From a virus (lineage: Duplodnaviria > Heunggongvirae > Uroviricota > Caudoviricetes), in IMG/VR virus record IMGVR_UViG_2734482571_000007: 39,690 nucleotides of DNA. One strand, given 5' to 3'. The position numbers were made by a program, and so were the translations under genes. Numbering within the stretch: the first letter of the stretch is position 1; every line of letters starts with the position of its first letter. The notes beneath the pieces were generated by a model that was given only the letters and a program-made list of their open reading frames with translations, had not been told where the DNA came from and searched no databases. Shown piece after piece: positions 18,127 through 27,602 of the stretch.

Positions 18127-18482
18127 GCGCGCGCCTTTTTCGCCTGTCTGGCGTTATTGCCGGTCTTTTTCCGGGGAGCATCCTGTACGGTTTCGGCTTC
18201 GGCTAAATCTGCACCGGTCTCTGCATGAACCACACCCGCCACGGCTCCCGCATCATCACCAGGCGTCTGTAGTATTCGTACAGTGAGGCATGGCTCCGCT
18301 TCCAGTCGGGCAAGCTGCTCCGGGGTGACGTCAACCTGCTGGCGTCCCCGCATGAACAGGAACCCCGCACGACGAAAATGCGTACGACTGCAACGCACTT
18401 CTGCCAGTACCGTGACAGGACTGTCACCACTGACCTGAAGGCCTGAATCATCTGTTGCTGCCACAGTGTGATGTTCATTCAT
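18123..18482 (-). CDS. Phage protein after the major head gene (Mu gp35-like)
   Basis: Position; GGAGGG ribosome-binding site after a stem-loop. Confidence 0.45.
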   Translation of the reverse strand: MNEHHTVAATDDSGLQVSGDSPVTVLAEVRCSRTHFRRAGFLFMRGRQQVDVTPEQLARLEAEPCLTVRILQTPGDDAGAVAGVVHAETGADLAEAETVQDAPRKKTGNNARQAKKARA

Positions 18483-18497
18483 ATTTGCCCTCCGCAG

Positions 18498-18520
18498 GGG
18501 CCGGGCCGTAAGCCCGGCTC
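18498..18520 (-). other. Stem-loop directly downstream of the major head gene
   Basis: Up to 9-bp GC-rich stem (CCGGGC/GCCCGG core) followed by the next gene's ribosome-binding site; typical attenuator or stabiliser after a capsid gene. Confidence 0.4.
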
Positions 18521-18525
18521 ACCGT

Positions 18526-19473
18526 TTACAGATAATCCGCGACAACCAGCTCCAGCTTGCCCTTCATCTCGTTAGAGACTGTGGCGTTACCGTCTGCGAA
18601 CAGCTCGCGCTCCAGCAGCTGCACCGCCTGTTTTTCCAGCGAGGTGGGGACAACAATATGGGTGGGTTTGATGCCGAGTTTGCGGCCACCGTCAGCCTTA
18701 AAGTCACGCATGGCTGACCAGCCGTGCCACAGCGCATCCAGCGTCAGCGGTGACTGCATCATGTAGGCCATCTGCCAGAAGCCGTAGCCCACATTGCGAC
18801 GGGCGGAAGCACCGAACACAAACTCGTTATCAGTAAACGCACGGCCTTCATCGACTTTTGTCTGGGCAACCAGTTCGGCTTTGCGGCGATCCTGATAAAT
18901 CAGCGGTTTTACCGCGCGGGAGCAGTCAAGCAGATACCAGGCCGGGCCGCTGTAATCCGCCTGTGCACCGACAGAGCCGGTTTTTGCCACAAACATATTG
19001 CTGACCATCTGTGCATCACCGGAGCCATCCACTTTGGGGTAAACAGGGTGTTCGGTATCAAAGAAGTTCTGGCCGTCATAGCAGGCCGCATTCAGACCAT
19101 CACGCAGTGCAGCAAAGACCAGTTCATCCGGTTGTGCCGCAGCGGCACGACCCATTTCCTGGAATAACGGGGAGTAGATGCCGAGATTGTCGTCTTCAAA
19201 GTCATCGCGGCTAATGGCAACGGTGCCTTCAAAGGTTTTGTTCACGATGGCGTAGCCATAGGCTTTCATCTTCTCGATGACGCGGGAGCCGATCCACTCA
19301 CGGAACTGCGGGAACTGCCCCAGCCAGCCGTAGGTGTTGGATTTCGAGGTGGACGGCACGGTCATCGCAATTTTCTGGTACTGCGACGGAGCCATGGACA
19401 TCCCGGCCTGAAAATCAGAACGGTAGCCCGTCATCAGGGCGGTGATCATCGCCGGTGTAATCGGGGTAGGCAT
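18526..19473 (-). CDS. Major head subunit (Mu T-like)
   Basis: 315 aa; follows the I protease/scaffold gene. Confidence 0.8.
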   Translation of the reverse strand: MPTPITPAMITALMTGYRSDFQAGMSMAPSQYQKIAMTVPSTSKSNTYGWLGQFPQFREWIGSRVIEKMKAYGYAIVNKTFEGTVAISRDDFEDDNLGIYSPLFQEMGRAAAAQPDELVFAALRDGLNAACYDGQNFFDTEHPVYPKVDGSGDAQMVSNMFVAKTGSVGAQADYSGPAWYLLDCSRAVKPLIYQDRRKAELVAQTKVDEGRAFTDNEFVFGASARRNVGYGFWQMAYMMQSPLTLDALWHGWSAMRDFKADGGRKLGIKPTHIVVPTSLEKQAVQLLERELFADGNATVSNEMKGKLELVVADYL

Positions 19474-20606
19474 TATTGCATTTCCTCTTTCATTTTCAGG
19501 AACTCGGCTTCGGTTTTACCCAACAGACGTGCGGCGGCGATATCTTCAGCCGACAGCACAGCGGTGGCGGTCTTTTTATCCGGCACGGTTACGGTGTCGG
19601 TCTGAAGAGTGGTCAGAGCCGCAACCGGCTGGCGGGCGTCAAGCTGTGCAGAAAGTGCCGCGACGCCAATCTGTTGTCCGAGTCCTTCCATGTATCCGCG
19701 TTCGCTTTTGAAAATGCGTCCTTCGGACTCGGCCTTATCCAGCAACTGCTCCAGCGTGGTGCTGCCGTGTTGTGCCGACAGCGCGGCATATTCGGTACGC
19801 AGGGCGTTATACGTCTCAACGGGCACATATTTCGTCAGATCAATAGTGCCGCCAGTTGGTGTGCCTTTTGCGGTTTCCAGTTCTGCCGACAGGCTGGCAA
19901 CCTGCGTTTTCAGGGTGTCGTGCGCATCCGCACGGGTTTTGATCCCGGTAAGGGCAGACAGCGCCGCCGTGCCCAGTTCCGGTGTAAATTCGTCACCGTC
20001 AGCCACGGTCAGACCGAGCGCCGTCAGCAACTGGCGTAATTGCTCATTCATGGGGGATTGCTCCTGAGAAGGGGAAACGACATAGAGATCATCAGCACTG
20101 AGTGCCGCGACAGGGTTCATACCCGTAATACCCGGATCATTCGTCAGGGAAGCCATGCGCAACAGGTAGGGTTCCCCGGTGTCAGCGAAATAATGCATAT
20201 ATGCAGACAGATAGGCATATTCACGGTCATCAATATGTTTTTGTGCCTGTGGTGTCCATTCAGGTTTAATGAAAATCCCCTGACCCTCACGCCATTCGAT
20301 GTTTTCCGGCTTAACCCATCCTGCAGCAATAGCCTTGAATCCGTTTTTCTGCGCATTCACGGAGTGATGGTCATAATCAATCAGTAACGGCTGATGCAGG
20401 GCGGAAAGCCCGGCTTTCATCCGGTTACAGGCGGATTCGTTAATCAGCCAGCCTTCAGTCGGTTTTTCCGGGCGACCGTCACGGGCCTTTACCCGACCGG
20501 CTGGCAGTAACTGACACCATCCGTCGCCGGATGCAGTCAGCGAAGCTGAAAGCACGGCTAAACCGGAGGGGCGATTTGCGTCTTTTGGGTGATTTTCTGT
20601 CTTCAT
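19473..20606 (-). CDS. Head maturation protease/scaffold (Mu I-like)
   Basis: 377 aa; Ala/Leu-rich coiled-coil C-terminal half; position. Confidence 0.75.
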   Translation of the reverse strand: MKTENHPKDANRPSGLAVLSASLTASGDGWCQLLPAGRVKARDGRPEKPTEGWLINESACNRMKAGLSALHQPLLIDYDHHSVNAQKNGFKAIAAGWVKPENIEWREGQGIFIKPEWTPQAQKHIDDREYAYLSAYMHYFADTGEPYLLRMASLTNDPGITGMNPVAALSADDLYVVSPSQEQSPMNEQLRQLLTALGLTVADGDEFTPELGTAALSALTGIKTRADAHDTLKTQVASLSAELETAKGTPTGGTIDLTKYVPVETYNALRTEYAALSAQHGSTTLEQLLDKAESEGRIFKSERGYMEGLGQQIGVAALSAQLDARQPVAALTTLQTDTVTVPDKKTATAVLSAEDIAAARLLGKTEAEFLKMKEEMQ

Positions 20607-20783
20607 ACCGGCAGCATAAGCCGGGTATTTTTGGGGCTGGTTTTGCGGGACTTCAGAAAGTGCTGACAGGGGGGGAATGAGAAAGGCGCTTCACGCAGAT
20701 TTTAAAGCCCGTTAAATACAGGTTAGAAAATCACGACACGCGCCTGAAGGGGGTAAGGTAATACGTTTGCATACCTTAAACCA
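20607..20783. promoter_or_regulatory. 177-bp non-coding G-I intergenic region: candidate late promoter and/or central strong gyrase site
   Basis: Largest gap in the otherwise overlapping structural cluster; sits near the prophage midpoint; carries a C7 run on the coding strand about 70 bp before the I start. Confidence 0.35.
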
Positions 20784-21257
20784 TTACGGCGTTTCTGTGG
20801 CCTTTTTAAAGCGTTTTCTGATTTCGTCCATGATCTCCTGTTCTGCCACCTGATCAAAGCCCATATACGGACGTGCGCCAATGGCCGCCGGTCCCGGTGG
20901 CATACCAGGCAGGCCACCCCACTGATGAATGGCTGCATAAGGTTCATTTGATCCAATCAGCGCCCAGGTATCGCCATAATCCGTGGTCAGGCGGCGGGCC
21001 AGATCGCCGTTCAGCGTCAGGATTTTGCCGGGCGTGTATCCCTTACGGGTACGCCACTCACGGTAAGGATCTGACCAGTCATGCCAGCGTTCACCATCCG
21101 GCTCTTTTTCCTGCTCAAACGCCATTTCTGACGATGACAGAAGACTCGCCGCCACACTGCGGGCCAGGTCTTTTCCGCCGCCCACAAACTGAAGCCGGGC
21201 AAACACTCGCTGGAGACGCGTAACGTCAACAACGACAGCTGCATCAATGGATGACAT
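20784..21257 (-). CDS. Virion morphogenesis protein (Mu G-like)
   Basis: 157 aa; position after F. Confidence 0.75.
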   Translation of the reverse strand: MSSIDAAVVVDVTRLQRVFARLQFVGGGKDLARSVAASLLSSSEMAFEQEKEPDGERWHDWSDPYREWRTRKGYTPGKILTLNGDLARRLTTDYGDTWALIGSNEPYAAIHQWGGLPGMPPGPAAIGARPYMGFDQVAEQEIMDEIRKRFKKATETP

Positions 21258-21296
21258 ATTGCCTCCGCATAAAGGATGAATATAAAATAAACAGGC

Positions 21297-21376
21297 GGTC
21301 AGTGTACGCTTAACTGGTAAAGTCGGTGCCTGCCTCCGGGTGGATCATGTATGCGGGTTCGACCCCCGCCACTGAC
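21297..21376 (+). ncRNA. tRNA-like element with degenerate anticodon arm (not a canonical tRNA)
   Basis: Perfect 7-bp acceptor pairing GTCAGTG/CACTGAC, canonical T-arm GCGGG-TTCGACC-CCCGC, plausible D-arm with GG in the loop; no acceptable 5-bp anticodon stem and no encoded CCA. Confidence 0.3.
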
Positions 21377-21378
21377 CG

Positions 21379-22710
21379 TTAATCAATTTGTCCTTCCAGC
21401 ACCTCAAGCATTCCGCCCCGGATATCCGATTTCAGCTTATCCATATTGATAACCCGGTAAGCATTCACAATCACATCCAGTTTGTCGGGCTGACGTTTCA
21501 GACTGTACGGTGCATTAACGGCAATCTGCACACTGCCATCCTGATTTTCCACGATATACATCAGATTGTTGTGCCGTTTGTCCCACAGTACCGCTTTTGG
21601 CCTTGCCAGCATTGCCGGTAAGCGCCCGAAGTCCTCCGGCGTCAGAGCGATGCCGTCATTCTGATGTTTCACACTGTCCGCATGGAGCACATTTTTACCG
21701 CTCATCGCCAGCAGGCGGGCCGGTGGCGTTCCCGTCCGGCTTTCCACTGCCTGCGCAATGCTTTCAGTCATAAAGCCCAGCGTGCGGATATCGTTACCAC
21801 CTCGCCGGGTCTGCATGATGTTTTTTGCCCAGATGCGGAACGCCAGCTGCCGCTCCGGGCTGTTGTTCATCTCCTGAACCACCATTTCCCGTAACGCCGG
21901 GCTTTTCACCTCGATCAGTTTGCGGATCAGCGCCTGGTCTGTGCCGAACGCTGCCGAGCCGGGGTTATATGACCAGCCCACATCCGGTGTCATGGTTCTG
22001 GCGCCATCTGAATATGTGGTCACCGGCATTTCTCTGACTTCTCCGGTCTGTTTATCCACGCCAGCCTCAACATTGCGGGTGGAGAGATGATCCTCACCGG
22101 ATGAAACGGATAACCCCATTGCATCCAGACGGGCCTGAGACAATGGCCGCACACGGCAGCGGCAGTTCCAGCCATTGGGCGGGTAGTGTGTTTTCCAGAA
22201 CGGATCGTCATAGCGGAATACCAGACCGTTAAGGGCGGAATGCGACGGGCGGGTACGGCTGTCCATGACCGCCACATACTGCCAGAACGGATGCGTGTCC
22301 GTGTTGTTCATCATCTGCGTGTAACGCCCGGCATTGTAAGCCACACGGGTGTTCACGTTGTAAATCAGCGCCAGACGACGGGGACTGCCCTGCTGCACTT
22401 CTTCCGCGTTACCGTCGCTGTCCACCACAATCTGCTTTCCCCACCATCCCAGCTTTTGCAGGCGTGGCGTCAGTGTGCGGATAAATTCTTTCTGTGAAAT
22501 CCCCTCATCAATGGCCCGCTGCACTTCGGCCTGTAATGTGGTTACCACATCCAGCCGTGCCGTTTTTGCTGCCGTGAATGAGCGGGCATGAACATCCGCG
22601 TCTGTTTCGAACCAGTTCCAGCTGATATGCGCCCCTTTGGCGCGGAAGTATGCCACCGTCTCTTTTGAGGGAAGCGTGGCGGCATAACCTAAATCAATCC
22701 CCTGAGCCAT
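21379..22710 (-). CDS. Head morphogenesis protein (Mu F-like / SPP1 gp7 family)
   Basis: 443 aa; position after the portal gene. Confidence 0.8.
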   Translation of the reverse strand: MAQGIDLGYAATLPSKETVAYFRAKGAHISWNWFETDADVHARSFTAAKTARLDVVTTLQAEVQRAIDEGISQKEFIRTLTPRLQKLGWWGKQIVVDSDGNAEEVQQGSPRRLALIYNVNTRVAYNAGRYTQMMNNTDTHPFWQYVAVMDSRTRPSHSALNGLVFRYDDPFWKTHYPPNGWNCRCRVRPLSQARLDAMGLSVSSGEDHLSTRNVEAGVDKQTGEVREMPVTTYSDGARTMTPDVGWSYNPGSAAFGTDQALIRKLIEVKSPALREMVVQEMNNSPERQLAFRIWAKNIMQTRRGGNDIRTLGFMTESIAQAVESRTGTPPARLLAMSGKNVLHADSVKHQNDGIALTPEDFGRLPAMLARPKAVLWDKRHNNLMYIVENQDGSVQIAVNAPYSLKRQPDKLDVIVNAYRVINMDKLKSDIRGGMLEVLEGQID

Positions 22711-24283
22711 CCAGCATCCCCTTCATTTCCGCAGCAAACATGGCATCACTGAGCAGCGTCATCAGGCGGGAATCATCCATTTCACGGTAAAGGGCAGGCA
22801 GGTCTGCCAGTGCCTCCGCCAGCCCCCGCGTTCTGATGACATCAATGACCGGCTCCAGCACCGGATCGATGGCCTCCTGTAAGCGGCGGGCAGGCACCGC
22901 GTCCCCCATGTCGTCCAGTTCATCACGCGGCGTGTTTTTCGCTTCCGGCAGTCGGGCTGAAAGCGCCGTCTGTTCTGTCTTTTCCTGTTTTTCCGGTAGC
23001 GTTTCCCTGTCAGGCATGGCCGGTTCATTACTGCTCTGACGGACACGGAATATGGCTTCACCGGGCGTGGGCTGTGGAATACCGGTCTGATCCCGTACCC
23101 AGGGATCAGGAATATCCATCCCCGCACTGAGTTGCATCACCGCACTGGCTATTTTGGTGATATCCCCCGGTTCTTTGGTCTGGAAACAGATACGCGGCAG
23201 GCGACGGATATCAATGGCGTGGGCGGTGTTCAGGGCATACAGCGGATACACCAGATCGCGGTTCAGGGTTGCAGCCAGCTGGCGTAAATCAGAATCCCTG
23301 ATTTCCCGGCGCACCTCGTTATGCACCTCACCCAGCGAGCGCGCGCCTTTGTCTCCGGCTTCTGTGGTCAGCGTGCCGCCGAGTATTGCTTTGGAGATGG
23401 AACGCTCACCCCACGAAATCATGGTTTCAAACGGATCGGCCTGACCGTTCGCTGCCGCCTGAAACTCCAGCGACATCCCGGCCGGGATGATCCCGCCTGT
23501 ACGTCGCCCGATATCCATCACCGCCCGCATCAGGGCACTTTTCTGCTCCGGTGTTGCCCCGGACGGGTATTTCCCGACCTTCATTGGCAGGCCGTACACC
23601 TCCAGAAATTCCGCCAGATCGCGCACGGAATAGTTTTTGAAAATGAACGGCCAGATAAGCGTTCTGACAAGCCCCGTCGCACCACCGTAGCCGGTGCGTG
23701 AACGCGACTGATGCACTATCCAGCCAAAGGGCTGAAACGCCACCCCGGCATGGCTGCCGTCACGCAGCCGCAGTTCGCTCAAATCATCCGGGTTAAGGCA
23801 GAAATGCCCGCTGTCACGCCAGCGGATGGCGCGGATGATGTGCATTTTACCGAGCATCCCGTGCTCAATTTCCATGCAGGAATAGCCCTTCAGGATGGCA
23901 TCCGTGGCGTCAAACAGCATGGCATCAAACCAGTCTGCGGAATGCAGATATTCGTCGAGCATTTCCGCGTCCTTTTTCTCATTCGCGCTGGCGTTCGGTG
24001 GCGGCTCAATACTCCATGGCACCCCCTGAATGGCAAGACGTCGCTTGCCCAGCTCCGCAAAAAGGTGGGTGTCCTTTTCTTCAATATCAGCGGCCAGATC
24101 GGACTGGGCAATCAGATCGCCACGTTCAGCCCCGCGAAGGCACTGCGCCGCCCGGTTCGGGGTGATACCCGAAGCCGGATGTTCAATATAACGGCTGGCA
24201 ATCTGCGGAATATCCAGCGCGGCACTCTGCATCTCCGGGTCAAAGGAGAAAGGTTTTCCGTCAGTATCAATGATGCGTCCCAC
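22694..24283 (-). CDS. Portal protein (Mu gp29-like)
   Basis: 529 aa; directly after the large terminase gene. Confidence 0.8.
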   Translation of the reverse strand: MGRIIDTDGKPFSFDPEMQSAALDIPQIASRYIEHPASGITPNRAAQCLRGAERGDLIAQSDLAADIEEKDTHLFAELGKRRLAIQGVPWSIEPPPNASANEKKDAEMLDEYLHSADWFDAMLFDATDAILKGYSCMEIEHGMLGKMHIIRAIRWRDSGHFCLNPDDLSELRLRDGSHAGVAFQPFGWIVHQSRSRTGYGGATGLVRTLIWPFIFKNYSVRDLAEFLEVYGLPMKVGKYPSGATPEQKSALMRAVMDIGRRTGGIIPAGMSLEFQAAANGQADPFETMISWGERSISKAILGGTLTTEAGDKGARSLGEVHNEVRREIRDSDLRQLAATLNRDLVYPLYALNTAHAIDIRRLPRICFQTKEPGDITKIASAVMQLSAGMDIPDPWVRDQTGIPQPTPGEAIFRVRQSSNEPAMPDRETLPEKQEKTEQTALSARLPEAKNTPRDELDDMGDAVPARRLQEAIDPVLEPVIDVIRTRGLAEALADLPALYREMDDSRLMTLLSDAMFAAEMKGMLDGSGD

Positions 24284-25950
24284 TACCAGCCCCCCCGATC
24301 AAATTCATGATATGCCTCATCGTCATCACGATAACCGCCCTCCATTGCCCGCGACCGCTCCTGTAGCGCCTGACAGGCTGATTCATCCAGGATGAAGCCC
24401 TCCATGTATGACGCCCGGTTTGCCATACAGAGCGCCACGGCAAAATCACCATGGCGGCGGGCGTTCGCAGCCGTTGCGTTCTGGTCCTTCGTGCGCCCCT
24501 TGTCGATTTGCGGGATACCATTCACTACCTTCACATGGCGCAAATCATCAAGCGTGGTCTGATGGCGGGCGACGAGGATATTCTGATCTTCAAACTCGGC
24601 TTTCAGTTTTGGCATCCACTCGCCGTACCACTTCGGCGACAACATCACGCAGTCGATGATGTCCGGGCCAAAGGCCAGCAGTGCGGCCTCTGCCAGATAG
24701 CCGCCGTTACCGGTGGCGTCGAACGCCGCACCGACCAGCGCCGGAACGCGGGTCAGGATGTACATCATCACCTGTTCCTGCTGGGCATACGGCAGGTTGC
24801 GCAGCTCCACGCGAAACACCTCGCGCTTTGCCAGGGATTCGGTGATTTCCAGCAGCACAAAGCAGGACAGGTCACCGGTGCGGGCAAAGTCTTCCCCGAA
24901 GCTGAAGCGGGAACGGGGATTTAATTTCTCTAAAAGCGGTTTTAAATGTTCTTCACACCAGGTTAAAACTTCCGATTCACGCAGCCATGCGGCACGGCTG
25001 ATGAAGTTGTCCGGGGCTTCAAACGTCAGAATCGGGATGTCGCGGATCATCGCCATTTCAATAAGCGCGTGGGGGATATAGGCACCGCCGGATTTTTTCG
25101 GGATACAGCCGTATTCCTCGTCGGCATCCTCACGGGTCGGGGCGTTTTTGTAGAGATCATCACGCCATTTCTGCTCGCTTTCCGGTGACCATTCCTGATC
25201 GGTGACGTAACAGATACGACGGTACAGCCCGTCCGCAATGGCATCATCCAGGGTTATGCGGTGGACGCTGTAATCCTTGCGCCCCTCGCGGGCTTCCTGA
25301 ATGTACTGATTAAACAGATTATCGACGCCGTTATGCGTGGAGATAATACGCACGCGCGCGCCCCACATAGTGAGCGCCATTGCCGCCTTGAGAAGCTCAT
25401 CCAGTGACTCGTGGAACGCGGCTTCATCAATCACCACATCCCCCTGAAGGCCGCGCAGGTTTGACGGACGGGAAGACAATGCCTGAATTTTGAATCCACT
25501 GTTCGGAAAGCGGATCATGTAGGTCAAAATTTCTTCTTTTTTATCCCGATCCCAGAATGTCTGCTCATACACATCAGCATCTGCCAGCTGGTTAAAGGCA
25601 CGGGAGAACAGCGCGCAGGCAGAAATATATTCCAGCGCCATCTCCTGCTTTGATCCCACATAAAACACATTGCGGCCACCACGACGCTTCGGTTTTGCAG
25701 CAGTAATGACGTTACGCCCGGCTTCCGCCCAGGTAAGACCGGTGCGGCGGGATTTCTCCGCGATGCAGACCTGACTTTCATCTGCAAACCAGCGGGCCTG
25801 ATAATCCAGAAACACCGGCATATCACCGGGCAAATCAAGGCTGTCCGGCACATCCACGCCCAGCAGGGCTTTTTCACCTGACAGATCAATTTTGCGGGGA
25901 GGCGTCATTTGCATCAGTGAAGGCGACGTTTCTCTGGCTTTGTTCATCAT
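24283..25950 (-). CDS. Terminase large subunit (Mu gp28-like)
   Basis: 555 aa; position before the portal gene. Confidence 0.85.
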   Translation of the reverse strand: MMNKARETSPSLMQMTPPRKIDLSGEKALLGVDVPDSLDLPGDMPVFLDYQARWFADESQVCIAEKSRRTGLTWAEAGRNVITAAKPKRRGGRNVFYVGSKQEMALEYISACALFSRAFNQLADADVYEQTFWDRDKKEEILTYMIRFPNSGFKIQALSSRPSNLRGLQGDVVIDEAAFHESLDELLKAAMALTMWGARVRIISTHNGVDNLFNQYIQEAREGRKDYSVHRITLDDAIADGLYRRICYVTDQEWSPESEQKWRDDLYKNAPTREDADEEYGCIPKKSGGAYIPHALIEMAMIRDIPILTFEAPDNFISRAAWLRESEVLTWCEEHLKPLLEKLNPRSRFSFGEDFARTGDLSCFVLLEITESLAKREVFRVELRNLPYAQQEQVMMYILTRVPALVGAAFDATGNGGYLAEAALLAFGPDIIDCVMLSPKWYGEWMPKLKAEFEDQNILVARHQTTLDDLRHVKVVNGIPQIDKGRTKDQNATAANARRHGDFAVALCMANRASYMEGFILDESACQALQERSRAMEGGYRDDDEAYHEFDRGGW

Positions 25951-26195
25951 GCTTTACCTGTCAGAATGCTTTTGATTCGGGACTCAAGCTCTTCAGTCAT
26001 CACGTCCACGCCGCTCAACTCATCAGTGGCAGCCTCTGCCAGCAGCGAATGCAGTTGTTCCAGGGATATTTCCCCGGCAATGCTGAGTTCAGTCAACTCA
26101 CGACATACCTTTATGGTTTCAGGAGGTAACTGTGTTGCAAGACTGAATGCTTTCTGATGGGCACTGCTCATCAGTGAGCGGTTATCTGTTGCCAT
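25947..26195 (-). CDS. Small protein (82 aa) sharing a C-terminal 25-aa motif with the adjacent gp27-like protein
   Basis: AGGAGG ribosome-binding site; C-terminus DELSGVDVMTEELESRIKSILTGKA versus DELRGVDGMSEQIEFRIRQMLLGKA in the upstream gene; about 80 percent nucleotide identity over roughly 37 nt. Confidence 0.5.
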   Translation of the reverse strand: MATDNRSLMSSAHQKAFSLATQLPPETIKVCRELTELSIAGEISLEQLHSLLAEAATDELSGVDVMTEELESRIKSILTGKA

Positions 26196-26205
26196 GATTC
26201 ACCTC

Positions 26206-26787
26206 CTACGCCTTACCCAGCAGCATCTGCCTGATACGGAATTCGATCTGCTCGCTCATGCCATCCACGCCGCGCAACTCATCGGTGACCGCATTCGCCA
26301 TCTCTTCAGCAAATGCGGCCCGGATTTCTTTTTCACGCTTAATGCTGCGCTCGGCGGCACTTTCTGCACGCTGTGCCGACAGGAGGATGTCCTTAATAAG
26401 GCGCATATCCACATCGCTGTCGCTGTTCAGGGATTCGGTGGCGGCACGCAGACGGCGGTACATCAGGGCACGGGACATCTCCAGAATCAGTGCCGTGGTT
26501 TCACCGGTCGGCTTATCCCCCAGTTCGGCCATCATGGCTTTTGTCTGCTCGCGTAAATCACGCAGATTACGGGCAATCAGCTCATTACGGGAGGCTTCCC
26601 GGCTGATGGCCGCCGGTGAGAGCTGCTGCTCTTCCGGCAGACCTGCTTCACGGATCAGACGGTTGATTTCCTCGCGGATCTGGACCTGCGTCAGACGTTT
26701 TTCACGCAGCATTTCCAGCAGCGGCTTACGGATGCTGTCGGGGAGCAAATCCACCTTGCGTACACGGCCACGCGCTGGCTTATCCAT
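26206..26787 (-). CDS. Putative terminase small subunit / DNA-binding protein (Mu gp27-like)
   Basis: 193 aa; position upstream of the large terminase; charged helical protein. Confidence 0.5.
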   Translation of the reverse strand: MDKPARGRVRKVDLLPDSIRKPLLEMLREKRLTQVQIREEINRLIREAGLPEEQQLSPAAISREASRNELIARNLRDLREQTKAMMAELGDKPTGETTALILEMSRALMYRRLRAATESLNSDSDVDMRLIKDILLSAQRAESAAERSIKREKEIRAAFAEEMANAVTDELRGVDGMSEQIEFRIRQMLLGKA

Positions 26788-26789
26788 CG

Positions 26790-27080
26790 TTACCCCCTTG
26801 CGCGTGGTTTCTTCACACCCGGAACGGTGGCGCGGCCTTCCGCCACATCCTGACCCCGGCCGGTCAGTTCAGCGATGAAATAACCGTTAACAAGCGTGCG
26901 CTTACGCACCAGTCCCTGCTCGGCAAGCCAGGCAATGTGGGTATGAACGGTGTCGCGGGACACGCGGTGACCGTAATCATCCAGGCAGTCCTGAAGCACG
27001 GATTCGCCCAGTTCGCCGTTGTAATCCGCCAGCGACCGCAGAATGACAAGACGCTGATCTTCAGTAATGAAATCACTCAT
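26790..27080 (-). CDS. Hypothetical protein (96 aa), possible winged-helix
   Basis: ORF in the operon between the lysis and terminase genes. Confidence 0.45.
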   Translation of the reverse strand: MSDFITEDQRLVILRSLADYNGELGESVLQDCLDDYGHRVSRDTVHTHIAWLAEQGLVRKRTLVNGYFIAELTGRGQDVAEGRATVPGVKKPRARG

Positions 27081-27384
27081 TGTGTTTTTTCCTTACAGCC
27101 TGCTCCAGCAGCAGTTCGTTCTGATGGGAGACGGATTTCAGGGTGGCATTGGTGGCCTTAAGCTCACCGCGCAGGGTGGTGATTTCGATATTGAGTCTGT
27201 TCACCTCCTGCTGCGTGGGCAGGCCGGAAATCCGGCTCTCCACCCGCTCAACCCGGTCGGAGAGTTTTTCAAAGGCCTCGCGGGGGACAAAGGTTTTGCG
27301 CATCAGCGCCATGAAGATCCCCCCGGCTGTGGCCGTTGCCGACAGGATCGGCACGACATAATCTTTAACGATGCTGACCCACAT
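27073..27384 (-). CDS. Membrane protein with N-terminal transmembrane helix and C-terminal coiled coil (lysis-associated, Mu gp25-like position)
   Basis: GGAGG ribosome-binding site; hydrophobic VVPILSATATAGGIFMALM segment. Confidence 0.5.
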   Translation of the reverse strand: MWVSIVKDYVVPILSATATAGGIFMALMRKTFVPREAFEKLSDRVERVESRISGLPTQQEVNRLNIEITTLRGELKATNATLKSVSHQNELLLEQAVRKKHNE

Positions 27385-27592
27385 GACCGGCCTCCATGAT
27401 GTTCTGGCAGTTCACACAACGGATGGCATCCGGCACGGCAACCAGACGGGCAGCCGGAATGTCACCCCCGCAGTCCGCGCATACACGCCTGCCCGGTGTC
27501 TCCGCCACCCGGCGCTTACGTGTCAGCCGGTCACAAAGGGCGCGTTCTGTTGCACGCTCCATGACTGCCTGAGCACAATCTGAATCATCCAT
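27365..27592 (-). CDS. TraR/DksA-family C4 zinc-finger protein (start at internal Met MDDSDC)
   Basis: CADCGG...RCVNCQ four-cysteine motif; AAGGAAAAAGG ribosome-binding site. Confidence 0.65.
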   Translation of the reverse strand: MDDSDCAQAVMERATERALCDRLTRKRRVAETPGRRVCADCGGDIPAARLVAVPDAIRCVNCQNIMEAGHVGQHR

Positions 27593-27602
27593 ACCTTTTT
27601 CC

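Noticed and set aside
21297-21376. Calling this a functional tRNA gene
   Set aside because: No acceptable anticodon stem-loop and no encoded CCA; kept only as a tRNA-like element.
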